Of a stretch of DNA of 64,000 nt, positions 43,801-52,249 are shown one piece after another (the stretch's first letter is position 1; each line of letters starts with the position of its first letter). The stretch spans positions 248,001-312,000 of the forward strand of contig VRVR01000022.1 of the NCBI GenBank assembly GCA_009859145.1, read 5' to 3'. The translations under genes and the position numbers were made by a program. The DNA is from Andalucia godoyi And28 (lineage: Eukaryota > Protista > Jakobida). The notes beneath the pieces are model-generated. The model did not search any database. It was given only the letters and a program-made list of their open reading frames with translations, and was not told where the DNA came from.

Positions 43801-46180
43801 TCTGAAGCAGAAGCACCGTTTGTTCCACAATAGTCGAACGCTGCTGTGACGAATTTTTCGCAACAAGAGATTGGAGAGCGTGGGACGTTGCAATCGCAAA
43901 AAGCGTCTCAAAATGAACCAAAAACCGTCCGAGAAATTCTCCCCTCTCGAACAGCATCGAGTCTGGAGTGTGGACAGCGGAAAGGCAGCGAACTGCTTCC
44001 ACATAAATTCGCAGATACCGCAGCTTGTCTTTGGTAATGCTGCCACGCAAAACATTGGCTTGTACTTGTTTTGCGCGGTCAGAACGAGAAAGGGTTTGTT
44101 CTGGCACGCGAGCGTCGTACTGATAGATATCTTTGACGAACTTCTGCTGTGCCTTGAAATACGAAGATCGGTCTTCGAGGCTGTCCGTCGTAGAAATCGG
44201 CATTCGTTTCTTCCCTTCCGAGCCGAATGCCACGTTCTCCCATACCGATACGACATTTTCCAAGGACGCATGGTCAGAAACTGCCCTGGAGTTCTTCACA
44301 TGAAACTCAATCTTCAAATCCTCATCTTCCTCCGCACTGGCTGCAGAAGACGGAATGCTTTCCGATGATTCTTCTTTTTCCGAGCGCTCGGCAAACATAC
44401 GAAGCGCCTCGGTTTCAAAGGAATCCGATTGATAGTAGGTTACGGGCACGTACTCGGGAACAACAGACACTCCCGAGTTCCATCCACCAATCTCACGATC
44501 GCACAGCGGCAACAAAAACACCACGGCCGTTGAAAGCAGCCCTTTCAAACTTTCAGTGGCCTCGACGCTGAAGCTCATCAAATGGTCCACAACACGGTTG
44601 TCTAGAACTGCTCGAAGAGCACGAATTCCAACTGCATATGCCTCGTGAGACTCCTTCGGCTTGTCCTTCGCAAGAAGCGTGTGAAACACTGTCTTGCCCA
44701 AGGGCAAGCTCTGCAGCGTGATCGTGACCAAAATGTCCACGTACAATCCGTGATGCAGAAGTGAATCAAACAATGATTTCTTGCCAACAAACAGAAGGTC
44801 AATAAACGTCGTCAATCGACTATCCAAGGAGTTCAAGTCATCATCATATCGACTGCGAAGACCAGCAAAAGAAGGAAAGCCCGAGTCGACTGCATCGTCA
44901 TCACCCTCAGTGGATTCTCCATCCGACTCGACGTCTTCTGCGCCCAACTGCACACTTCCCGCGGGAGCTGCACCGGAAGCTGCAGGCTTCTGGAACATAG
45001 AGTTACGTCGACCCTTGACGAACGAATTTCGAGGAGCAACAACGTTTGGTGAAGGCAACGAGGAGCCGTCGTCTGCAGAGGCGGCGGCTGAGGACGAATA
45101 CACGACACTCTCCAGCGAATTCTTATCAAGAGTCACAGACAATGCCAAATACGATGGCAATTTATCATTGGACACGTGCCTGCCCCGCAAAAACGTAAGA
45201 ATGCCTTCCAAGACAGCCGCCATTTGCTTCTTTGAACCATAGTACGAAGATACGGATTTTTTGAACAAAAGGAAGAGGCGCTCAAATTCTGTGCGCGGAG
45301 CATGCGCCAAGCAAACAGCCATGATTTGCAGACCCATTTCCAGAGTGTCGTCTGACTTGATCCATTTTGCGGCAAGAGTGGAGATCATGTTGAGGAGCAC
45401 GTCATCCAGAAACACGCCCGGCTGCAAGCCGTTCACTGCTGAGAACATTGCGAATGCAAAAGGATGTCTGGTTTTCTTCGAAACGTCGATGCAGACAAGG
45501 CAGTTCCGGATGAAGGATGTCAGAGAAGAAGAGTCCTGTGCAGACATTATACGCAAATCTACTCGGGAAATGATTTTGCAAGCCTTCAGCAGATCCACAT
45601 CTCCAATTTGTTTGATGCTTCCTGGCTGGAACATTGCAGCCCACTTATCCAGAACGGCTGCAGAGGACCATCTCGACAAACCTTCCAGAAGCAAAACAAG
45701 AGATTCAGAATGCGTCGAATACATGCTGAATCCGAGATCAAGAATGCTTCGAACGAGCGAGGCAGGAATGTCAGCTGCAGGCGCTGCATGAGCGATAACA
45801 GCCAGTGTGTCAACTGCAACCCGCGACAAATACGATTTCACAATCATGGCATCATGCTGACCTTTTGAATCATAGTGTGGACATGACAGCAATGCAGCAG
45901 ACACGAGAGGGCTTGAGACATCTGCAAACGTCAAATATGTTGCCGCAAATGTCGCCGGAGAGGCCTTTGCAGCGCTGGAGAGAGTTCGAAGATGCGTGAA
46001 GTAGCCTTTTGAAGACGGGAACGACTGCCAAAGCTGCGCATCAAAGACCTCTCTCGTGAGCTTCTTGTTCTTCTTATCTGGAACATATGGAACAGAGAGC
46101 AAGGTGTCCATTTCCCGGCTCAGAATAGAAAGCAGTGTCGCCGCCAACGACTGCGCGGTATGTGTAGCAAGCGTCGGCAT
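37820..46180 (-). CDS. Furry/Tao3/Mor2-like HEAT-repeat protein with a C-terminal RGS domain
   Basis: ORF of about 2790 aa. Furry-like motifs IPIVTPWLGNIGL, VRKMWQSFA, NLPRVVSIL and KALAVFRSVLRP. The last ~120 aa (ILNDRHMCQYFQSF...LNFYNSV...FISLDSFDTINI...LFDSAVEEVRRDMEQSMFPLFLQSREY) are a clear RGS fold. First in-frame ATG is at 46180; an upstream exon is possible. Confidence 0.8.
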   Translation of the reverse strand: MPTLATHTAQSLAATLLSILSREMDTLLSVPYVPDKKNKKLTREVFDAQLWQSFPSSKGYFTHLRTLSSAAKASPATFAATYLTFADVSSPLVSAALLSCPHYDSKGQHDAMIVKSYLSRVAVDTLAVIAHAAPAADIPASLVRSILDLGFSMYSTHSESLVLLLEGLSRWSSAAVLDKWAAMFQPGSIKQIGDVDLLKACKIISRVDLRIMSAQDSSSLTSFIRNCLVCIDVSKKTRHPFAFAMFSAVNGLQPGVFLDDVLLNMISTLAAKWIKSDDTLEMGLQIMAVCLAHAPRTEFERLFLLFKKSVSSYYGSKKQMAAVLEGILTFLRGRHVSNDKLPSYLALSVTLDKNSLESVVYSSSAAASADDGSSLPSPNVVAPRNSFVKGRRNSMFQKPAASGAAPAGSVQLGAEDVESDGESTEGDDDAVDSGFPSFAGLRSRYDDDLNSLDSRLTTFIDLLFVGKKSLFDSLLHHGLYVDILVTITLQSLPLGKTVFHTLLAKDKPKESHEAYAVGIRALRAVLDNRVVDHLMSFSVEATESLKGLLSTAVVFLLPLCDREIGGWNSGVSVVPEYVPVTYYQSDSFETEALRMFAERSEKEESSESIPSSAASAEEDEDLKIEFHVKNSRAVSDHASLENVVSVWENVAFGSEGKKRMPISTTDSLEDRSSYFKAQQKFVKDIYQYDARVPEQTLSRSDRAKQVQANVLRGSITKDKLRYLRIYVEAVRCLSAVHTPDSMLFERGEFLGRFLVHFETLFAIATSHALQSLVAKNSSQQRSTIVEQTVLLLQNDAYASESCVSTLLDNVLCFLNLWHRSSDYSSTNGPSDALVDKIYGSCLPFLAHHSGVVRRLALRVLEQVAAMASSQVRQRLPVKLESEWQKELVLRAFNKCLIDDANNRIVVDRPIVVHSTPELQNAYRVNAVADPYFKVLQDQMESEPAPLFAALDTDNTLLYGYVLRELLCDVKVDIARLARDRVLKRLALLPEVPLSEEQLQKSEKQNKAKGIFGSHYALMFFWGLCFLFSSTSVQRSTPVQEKTEPEAAAPGTPLSSSDSRKHVSFSDQVEEAPGSKTTAERAGADSVPESAFFDSLVETVLPLLTADVTWVRYAASFALASTHSSLSLSVLQRLFGIREERGGSSTPVIKSVPQSSVQSLSKMRKKNGDRLVLLSLPVMRDVAFNVLPSNADAALRMILQSWQRLTAITFEDVGRISSFHRGPVSKYAATAVVELVSAFDLIVSLEQVLSVLPESTVELRRLLVQMLLPIGRIRQASPFDPRCSQAATLVQSKEKDAAVKQSTLSTMDVLASAIVKEAHIALSIVPHFGRILEESNEKLDQWIDLEYLRYHVIDALILNNNSAILLHQLLKVMYDSLDKDSTAEEEAHRCALLRALSRVFVPAKFDASGFESTLGNAPPAPLSGLDEHRQVHDLILAFTQNTYVAFPEIDIGALESRIHLSDDVLSSVIVLLLWFLNHEAREIHLAAYESLCIVVKIFRAATLLDDLQYFRLVFSSGHIESVRKHASLVSRLLASNLKLKPLSLTIVKDAFMRMIESRKPCAWMIPIVTPWLGNIGLSTYAKDSTYMVTTLLSVSTTFFSVNGAASEVRKMWQSFAEAPLAEDEEQVNLPRVVSILVDVSAGLEFANDNDAMQKSGKALAAEILAFLYHQHADAVVLPLVYELSAERYRECIGDFSKVIAREQAAAAYKEQFETEKPSEVCSAPELVAHAAESEAQTEAAAASLSSVADVENAAQAAVIKDEKAETNSAAGAEAEASSSSASQAAVVVSEKPNRAEFVKNFVAAARRRHIDSVDQALQHWRCRCAVVLQTLVDLACDTNHFAALQKRLHVCILFALIHADDRHIDASQVRMFLSNVMMAQASEFQGSEASRATALRSYAFLLQQPNVRFAWSSSEVDPSKGPVVFVDEFVRVLVQTMSGSSQSVSPYFVELLGHESLQFAFPSSSRVVLPDHAVHAHHRICLKALAVFRSVLRPMNSRVLFLVQTHLLRAIQAAERSLRKAERAKPRSTTKRRLLWKILALGTSESAFAPSLLRAIECARVLTAAAQDLSKRNVLHESPAMLSSSIALMRSFVHSVVKRSQQPSQVTASQLLYRSAIPLLDTIAQDSICFETFFNMNRPNGIDLVADWKVPVCSLGSSSAATSLFDGIQPLLLPALADVGNECEPLALRLLVTFAQAFSPRYVQVVPSSCASIHPTVFQYVTTLIALTPSILRLSLGNRKDVEGVCLDVAFAMEQHQGTIDGLSPDIVDGWFSAIKALRAFASQDPASRLSSQTFSKRLASAIMSLLGDDASSPMWLYIGQILGVILPPLGARSPIFDQRSLQLEMLFRWTRSLLESMGEAYRPTLVVAFRPLLSRLDQQFWSWCSRYASSAERVRASALLLLQVALPRDSDDAVVEDGAVLFSEMLEPTVDALQAAVLFLSREFDDPNLSSAIPKEAVSLRPVSPNLLSDGAAESPKALAPRVAAVSARVKRERSFSKSQERMPRPRSHANQPLSPGSPSASNSSSSASPFQREISEKLLRLNLEKRDLPVSTQHPPSPQQPTPSLTSSVVAPPAYKFNPDDDEEEASVEAAAPQRAAPTSQSRSSQEANKNEIEIVLDDDEEEAVVPLKQLQHANHHHSSSASNARSSSSANAKSSASALLMILNDRHMCQYFQSFVENNFDPDGLNFYNSVREFQQESAVPRSALKSRVIIERFISLDSFDTININEATRRHILSLYQASSSNPPRNLFDSAVEEVRRDMEQSMFPLFLQSREYAEMIESGRVP

Positions 46181-46707
46181 TCTAGATCTTTTCTCTGTGT
46201 CGCGCTCTTGACGTCTGACCAAAGACTAACCAACAAAAAAAGACGACGAGAAACTAGCCCACAGAAAAGAAAGAAAAAAGAGACGAAAAAGAGAAAGGGA
46301 TGAAAATATTATTACGCAGAGGACGAAACTAACACTTTTAAAAAAAGAGACGAGAAGAAGTAGGAAGAAGAAGAAACAAATAGAAGATGAAAATGCAAAA
46401 CAAAATAAAATACGATGAAAAGGAATACACATAAAACGAGAAAACCTTTTTGCCAAGCGAGAGGAAGACGATGTGGGGCAGCGGGGCCTTTCGTGGGAGC
46501 ACGGTCGACCGTTGAATAATAGCAACACGTCATTGTCATGCAACACGTTTTGTTTCACAGGGAATTCGTGCTTACGCACGCTCGGCCAAAATTCAGCCGG
46601 TGACACAGGCTCTGCATTTTCGACACTCTTTAACGCAGCATCCGTGGCCATCTATTCTATCATTCGTTGGTTTCACTTTTTTGGTTTCACTTTTTTATTC
46701 AAATAGG

Positions 46708-47103
46708 GGCGTGGGTGCGCTGGGATGACGCATTCGCCTGCGCCTACGCCTACGCCGCTCGATACACGGCCTCCTAGGTCCCGCAGACCTCCTAAGAGAC
46801 CACGTGTCACTACGCCTACCGCCTCTTCCTCTCGTGTCTCCAGTTGCGTCAATCGCTGCAACTGAGGACACGAAAGCGCCTGCTGCTAGGGCCGCCAGAC
46901 TCAAAATGCACCCTTCTCAGGAACAACGTGTCACGCTGAGAAAGTGGCTCACAGATTGATCGAGATTGAGGACGGAGCGCGGAACATCTATCTGAAGAGC
47001 GCCGTGAGCTGTGTTGGGGCCTATCCCCTTCGCGGCAACGGGATGCAAGGTTGAATATGCATGTCTACTCGTAGATATGCATGTTGAGTGTATAATGTAG
47101 GCG
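46708..47103 (+). mobile_element. Non-autonomous, internally deleted Fanzor2/TnpB-like element (copy 1)
   Basis: 46888-46950 encodes RAARLKMHPSQEQRVTLRKWL, the N-terminal HTH_OrfB_IS605-type motif (R.YP..EQ...L..W). It is joined directly to IDRD (46955-46966) and, after a +1 shift, DGARNIYLK (46971-46997), the RuvC-III motif. A structured RNA follows. Boundaries are inferred. Confidence 0.8.
47000..47103 (+). ncRNA. Putative Fanzor omegaRNA scaffold, copy 1 (guide would be the flank from about 47104)
   Basis: GGGG-CCTAT-CCCC stem at 47016-47028 and a 14-15 bp hairpin at 47054-47085 containing two G.U pairs. Ends in ATGTAGGCG (47095-47103). Homologous to 52522-52650. Confidence 0.7.
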
Positions 47104-47968
47104 TTTTTGTGCATCAACATTGAACATCAAACAATGTCATATCTGCCCCTCTGTTCGGCCCCGATGTTCCTACCGTAGTCAAGTCTAGCATTTCTTGATT
47201 CTTCACTTTTTGCTGTTCTATTCTTGCTGAGCAAGCTGCGGATGATCATCAAATCACGACGATGTGATCGCTTTGCGTTCGGAATGCGCTTTCAAGTCAG
47301 AGAACAAGAAGGAACAAAGGCAAAAAGCGTCGTCAGGCGCGATGGGCAACACCGCCGACCACATTCTGTTTCCTCCAACGTTTCAATTTTTGAATGTTGA
47401 ATCGCTTGGGAAATATGCTGGCTGCAATGCCCGTCTGACGCAGAGCAATCTGCATTGAGGAGTTGGTGCTCGCCCCAAATATAAATAAATAAATAGATTT
47501 AAGAAACCCGTGTGGCTTGGATCTGCGTTTGGTGACAGCAAGCTAGCATCTTGGATCGACCTGTCAGTGACAATTGATTCTACATGTCAGCGTAATTAAA
47601 AAAATGTAACTTGAGTCGCCAAAAGGAAATAAGCGGGGCAATCGGGACTCCCTCAAACTAAAAACACAAAAAGAAAAAAGCAGAAAGGAAACCACAACAG
47701 GTTGATGCAAGGATCCCCTATGGCGGGAGGGAAGGAATCATTCACGGGGTTCTCTCGAGGCCCAGAAACCTCTCGTGCTTTCTTCTCTGCGGTATGCTTT
47801 CATTGACAATGATGATCTGGGTTGCCCGCTATCGTGTCTCATTTTGCCCTTGTCTTCTTTCTTCTTTCTTTCTTTTTTTTTCCGCTTCTTCTTCTTCTTC
47901 TTCTTCTTCTTCTTCTTCTTCTTCCTATTATTTGCCAGTGCGATTGAGAGTAACCATCAAACATTAGA

Positions 47969-50900
47969 ATGGGGAAAACCGACAATCTTGATTTCAACGA
48001 AGACGGAACCAATGCGGGAGTCGAAGATTCTCAAGCGAAGGAAGACGCCGAGCTGAAGGTCAAGCTCGCAAAGGCAGAGGAAAAGGACCGCGAAAAAATC
48101 TTGAAAGCGGAGGAGGCTCGAAAGGCCAAGGAAGCGGACAAGGCAGTTGAGGAGTCGAAGCGGAGTGAAGAACTGCGACGGAAAACGGATCGGAGAGTGT
48201 TTAAATGCGTCATTCGCACCGTGCAGCTGCGCAAGATTGCGGAAAAGTGCGATCCATACGTGAAGTTTAAACTTGGAGGCATCAGTACCAAAAAGGAGAC
48301 CAAGCATCTGGATAAAACCGAGGAGGAGAATCGCGAGGCCTTTTTGGCCGTCAAGAAACCAATGAAGAAGTTCAAGACGAAGAAGTTTAAGAATGCTCGG
48401 CGAGGGTCGTCTGTGACGTACAACCAGGTGTTTGTCAAGTACTGGTACGGCACGTATGATGATCTTGAAAAGGAGTTTTTGCGAGTGGAGCTGTGGGACT
48501 GGGACATGTTTACGCGGAATGACTACATGGGCGAAGGAAGGATCAAGCTTTCCGACTTGGCAAACGGAAACGTGCAGCAGCACATGAACATGCTTCCGAG
48601 TCTCCAGCGCTCGAAAGGTAAGCGGAGGGTTGTCGCTGGAGAGGTTGATTTCCAATGCTACTTTCAGGAAGTGTTTGACTTCAAACTGAACTTCTATGAC
48701 TGGGAAGGAAAGAATTTAATTGCTGCTGATTTCGGAGGGACATCGGATCCGTACATTGTGTTTTCGATTCCCCGGTCGTGGTCGAATCCGTTCACAAGAG
48801 GAGTTGCCTGGGGTCGGTCGTGCAAGTCTCCTGTTGTGTCGAATACCCTGTTTCCGAGGTGGGAGGACTGCGGGAATCTGCACTATCGCGGAACTCGCTC
48901 CGAACTGGAAGACGAGGATTTGACGCTCAAAGTCTATGACTGGGACCTGTCTTCAGCCGACGATTTTATCGGGGCTGCTGTGCTTCCTCTTCGCGGAATA
49001 CTTGAATACGGTTTCCTTCAGTGCGGCTTGCTTATCAAGGGAAAAGTGAAGGTTCCCAACCAGGGCAAGAAGAAGGAGTGGAATTTGCCGGCCGGATCCT
49101 TGTCTGGGTACGTTCGTGCGGAAGATCTTCCAATGCATCAACAGTTCGGTGAGCAGGTTACGCTCCGCGATCATCATCGCTATCTTGCTGTTCACATCTC
49201 TCAGTGCACGCAACTACGTGACATCCACATGGGGTATTCGGATCCGTTTGTTGCGGTGGAATGGGATGGCATGAAGCAGGAGACTCGAGTGATTGAGAAG
49301 GAATTGAATCCATACTTTGACGAAGTGTTGTATTTTCCGGTTCGCATGTCCAACGTCGGAGACGTGGAGGAGCTGCGGAAAAAACCACGAATTCGGTTGT
49401 CTGTCTACCATCATGGATCCGCTGGAAATGATTTTCTCGGTACCACGGAGCTGCCGTTGTATGCAATTTTGTTGTCAAAAGTGGAAAAAACGCGCGAGTT
49501 TGACGGCCAGAAGACACGAATGTTCCGCGGCACGATGAAGTTGGCAAACCTCGGATCCATGACGGATTCGACCATTTCTTTCAAAGCGTATTTTGTTCGT
49601 GACTTTCCTCCCGAAATGGTTCTGGAGGAGGACGAGTCGATGCAGTTTAAAGGTGAGGTAGTGGATCGCGATCTGCCCCTCATTTACAGGGAACGCGAGG
49701 AAAAGTGGCGAAACTCGATGTTCAGAGCCGGTATCCGGATCACGGACGGAGAGTTTCCATGCAAGGCCCTTGATGAGCAGCGGGTTTATCGCTTCCTTCC
49801 CACGTTTTTGACTCCCATGGTTCCGCCGCGAGACCTTCGGAACGTCTTGGCTCTTGCACGAATGGTGCAGTGCATCACATGGGCGGAAGACGATGACATT
49901 TACGCAGCGGCACTGGCAAGAACAACCGCTGGAATGCGTGCCGCAATGCAGCAGCAGCCTGTCGTTCCAGGTACAGTGAAGGCGTCGAAGAAGGCAGTGC
50001 AGCAAATTGCTCAGACTCCTGTCTCTGCATCCTCGCAGTCGGTTGATATTTGGACAACTCCCACGTTTTTCTTGTCCGTCCGCAAAGGCGATTCCGAGGA
50101 CCATGCGATTCTCATGGTGAATTTGCTCCTAGGAATGGGCAAGGACGCGTATTTGTGCTACGGGAAATCAAGATCTGGCGTCGATAAGTATGTGTGGGTT
50201 CTTGTTCGGGAAGGCGATGGGTCTGTTCACATGTGGGAAACGACCACGGCTCGAATGTACCGTCTTGGAGATCGCTGGATTGGCCAAGGTTTGACGCAAG
50301 AAGAGGCCGAGGCGTGCGAATTCGGATTGGAAGACGTGGTCCATTATGACAAGAAGACGAAAGACGCCATCCGAAAGTATCGTCGCCGTCTGAAGTCCGT
50401 GATCAAGAAGATGGAAACAGCGAAGAAGAAATCGCTGAAGAAAAACAATGGGGTGGAGGCCGATGTGAGCGCGGCGTCTGTGAAGGACGTGGCAGACGAG
50501 GCGGATGCGAAAGTCGAAGACGACAAGCGGCTCAAGGAACTTGAGGAGATTGCAGAGCGGGGAGATGCGGCAGTAGAGGAGTTTCCAGATGTGGATCGGG
50601 ATGCGCAGGCGGCGTCGAACATGGGCTTGGAAGCCGATGTGGATCAGCCCGAGTTTGAAATGGACGACGAGCCTCAAAACCCCGAAATTGCTGCGAAGGC
50701 TGCTGAAGAGGACGTCAAGGATGAGCAAAAGCGACAGATCGAAGCGAAATTGAAGCGACGCAAGTATGAAGAAGAAGAAGTCAAGAAGAAGGAGCGGAAG
50801 TTGCAGAAGGATCTGAAATCCATATCGAAGGAAGTGTGGACCAAGGACCTCGAAATTTTCGACGATGATGCGATGCTGGATGCAAAGGACATTTTTGCAG

Positions 50901-51958
50901 ACATTCGAGCTCCTGAGTACCAGACGCTATTCCAGACCGTAATGACTCTCGACGGACACATTCCGCTGCCGAATAGTGTGATGGCCGGCCATGATGAAAA
51001 CCGCGGCATTCTTACCCCCGCCTATGTGCCGTATGGATCGATTGAGGTAATCTGCAATCACGAGAATCTCTGGGCGAACATTTCCGGCGAGCTTGATCCA
51101 TCCAAAGTGCGATTTGATGTCGAAGACGAGTCTGTTTGGCTTCCATTTGTTTCTGAGGATTCGCGTATTCCGCCGCCGATTCCGTTTTATGACCCCAAGC
51201 CTCTCGGACCGAAGATGGCCAAAGCACGGGCCGCGGCACTGAGTACCCTGATCTACAACGAAGTCAAGTCTGGCTATATGGTCTGGCGTCACAGGGCGAA
51301 CATGGAAACGAAGTTTCTGAATGAATTTTCATCTCTCCTCGCCGACGGCCTGCGGGTGCTGGAGGCTACGCGCACCACACCACCATCTGTTGTCCAGCTT
51401 GTCCGTCGCAAGACCAAGGAGATTGGTGAACTGCTGATTAATACGGAGGATGAGGAGGCCCGCGATCTGATTGCCGTTCACCTCAAGGCGCTACGTTCTG
51501 AGGCAGACAAGTATGATTTCGAATATTGGAGAGGAAAATTGATGCAGAGACTGCCTGGCGGCTACGAGTTTGAAGGTGTTCCTATCTCATTTTCGTACAC
51601 GGACCACAAGCGTATTCGTCGCTATATCATGGAGCACTTCGACTACCACGAAGACTCGGACGAGAAAATCAACTTTCTGCTTGCAGTGCATGTGACACCG
51701 TATGCAAACTCGGTGAGTTCCGTGTGGGTTTTTATTGCCAAGATGTGGGAAACGGTGACGACGGCGGACAAGACGGAGGATGCGCAGAATGGCGCCGCTG
51801 CGAAGACTAGCAAGGCGGCGGACAACCGGGCGGCTTCAGCGGCCCCTGCAGGTGCTTCGTCTGTTCCGGCTGCAGCAGGCGCCACCGCCGGGCCAAAGAA
51901 GACTGGTTCGCAGAAGACCGTGAAGGAAGGCGCTGGCACTGGTCTCTCTGATTCTTGA
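47969..51958 (+). CDS. Multi-C2-domain CEP76/CC2D2A-family protein
   Basis: Three C2 domains (CDPYVKF...VELWDWD; SDPYIVF...KVYDWDLSSADDFIG; SDPFVAVEW...NDFLG). Transglutaminase-like WTTPTFFLSVRKGDSEDHAILMVNLLLG and C-terminal GVPISFSY...VHVTPYANSVSSVWVFIA. Confidence 0.8.
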   Translation: MGKTDNLDFNEDGTNAGVEDSQAKEDAELKVKLAKAEEKDREKILKAEEARKAKEADKAVEESKRSEELRRKTDRRVFKCVIRTVQLRKIAEKCDPYVKFKLGGISTKKETKHLDKTEEENREAFLAVKKPMKKFKTKKFKNARRGSSVTYNQVFVKYWYGTYDDLEKEFLRVELWDWDMFTRNDYMGEGRIKLSDLANGNVQQHMNMLPSLQRSKGKRRVVAGEVDFQCYFQEVFDFKLNFYDWEGKNLIAADFGGTSDPYIVFSIPRSWSNPFTRGVAWGRSCKSPVVSNTLFPRWEDCGNLHYRGTRSELEDEDLTLKVYDWDLSSADDFIGAAVLPLRGILEYGFLQCGLLIKGKVKVPNQGKKKEWNLPAGSLSGYVRAEDLPMHQQFGEQVTLRDHHRYLAVHISQCTQLRDIHMGYSDPFVAVEWDGMKQETRVIEKELNPYFDEVLYFPVRMSNVGDVEELRKKPRIRLSVYHHGSAGNDFLGTTELPLYAILLSKVEKTREFDGQKTRMFRGTMKLANLGSMTDSTISFKAYFVRDFPPEMVLEEDESMQFKGEVVDRDLPLIYREREEKWRNSMFRAGIRITDGEFPCKALDEQRVYRFLPTFLTPMVPPRDLRNVLALARMVQCITWAEDDDIYAAALARTTAGMRAAMQQQPVVPGTVKASKKAVQQIAQTPVSASSQSVDIWTTPTFFLSVRKGDSEDHAILMVNLLLGMGKDAYLCYGKSRSGVDKYVWVLVREGDGSVHMWETTTARMYRLGDRWIGQGLTQEEAEACEFGLEDVVHYDKKTKDAIRKYRRRLKSVIKKMETAKKKSLKKNNGVEADVSAASVKDVADEADAKVEDDKRLKELEEIAERGDAAVEEFPDVDRDAQAASNMGLEADVDQPEFEMDDEPQNPEIAAKAAEEDVKDEQKRQIEAKLKRRKYEEEEVKKKERKLQKDLKSISKEVWTKDLEIFDDDAMLDAKDIFADIRAPEYQTLFQTVMTLDGHIPLPNSVMAGHDENRGILTPAYVPYGSIEVICNHENLWANISGELDPSKVRFDVEDESVWLPFVSEDSRIPPPIPFYDPKPLGPKMAKARAAALSTLIYNEVKSGYMVWRHRANMETKFLNEFSSLLADGLRVLEATRTTPPSVVQLVRRKTKEIGELLINTEDEEARDLIAVHLKALRSEADKYDFEYWRGKLMQRLPGGYEFEGVPISFSYTDHKRIRRYIMEHFDYHEDSDEKINFLLAVHVTPYANSVSSVWVFIAKMWETVTTADKTEDAQNGAAAKTSKAADNRAASAAPAGASSVPAAAGATAGPKKTGSQKTVKEGAGTGLSDS

Positions 51959-52249
51959 GCACCCTCGGAATTCATAATTGAATTATTTTTTTTTACCAAT
52001 CAAAAAATTAAAGAAGAAACGTCCCATTCCTCTTCGCGTTCATATTCATGTTTATGTTTATGTTCTTGTTCATTATGCCGTTTCTCACAAAGGCGACAAG
52101 AACAAGCAAAAGAAGATGGGAATCCGGATTTGTTTGTTGAACAGCCCAAAATTCGAGGTCGGTGTAGGTGGAATGCCCCAAATTGTTCAGACGCTGATGT
52201 TCGGGACACTATTTAATTTGCATTTTCCTTTTCCACGCGATGCCAATGT

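Noticed and set aside
47042-47119. Extra long-range pairings (GATGCA/TGCATC and TGTTG/CAACA) extending the copy-1 RNA past ATGTAGGCG
   Set aside because: Not conserved in copy 2, so not used to define the scaffold boundary.
47705-47968. Upstream ATGs and a GTATGC...GCCAG intron before the C2/CEP76-like gene
   Set aside because: The spliced product hits an in-frame stop (TGA at 47945), so at most it is a 5'-UTR intron or uORF. Not annotated as coding.
52139-52200. LNSPKFEV peptide resembling Fanzor2 LPKFE upstream of copy 2
   Set aside because: It lies in the wrong order relative to the RNL...KWL segment and is too short to support.
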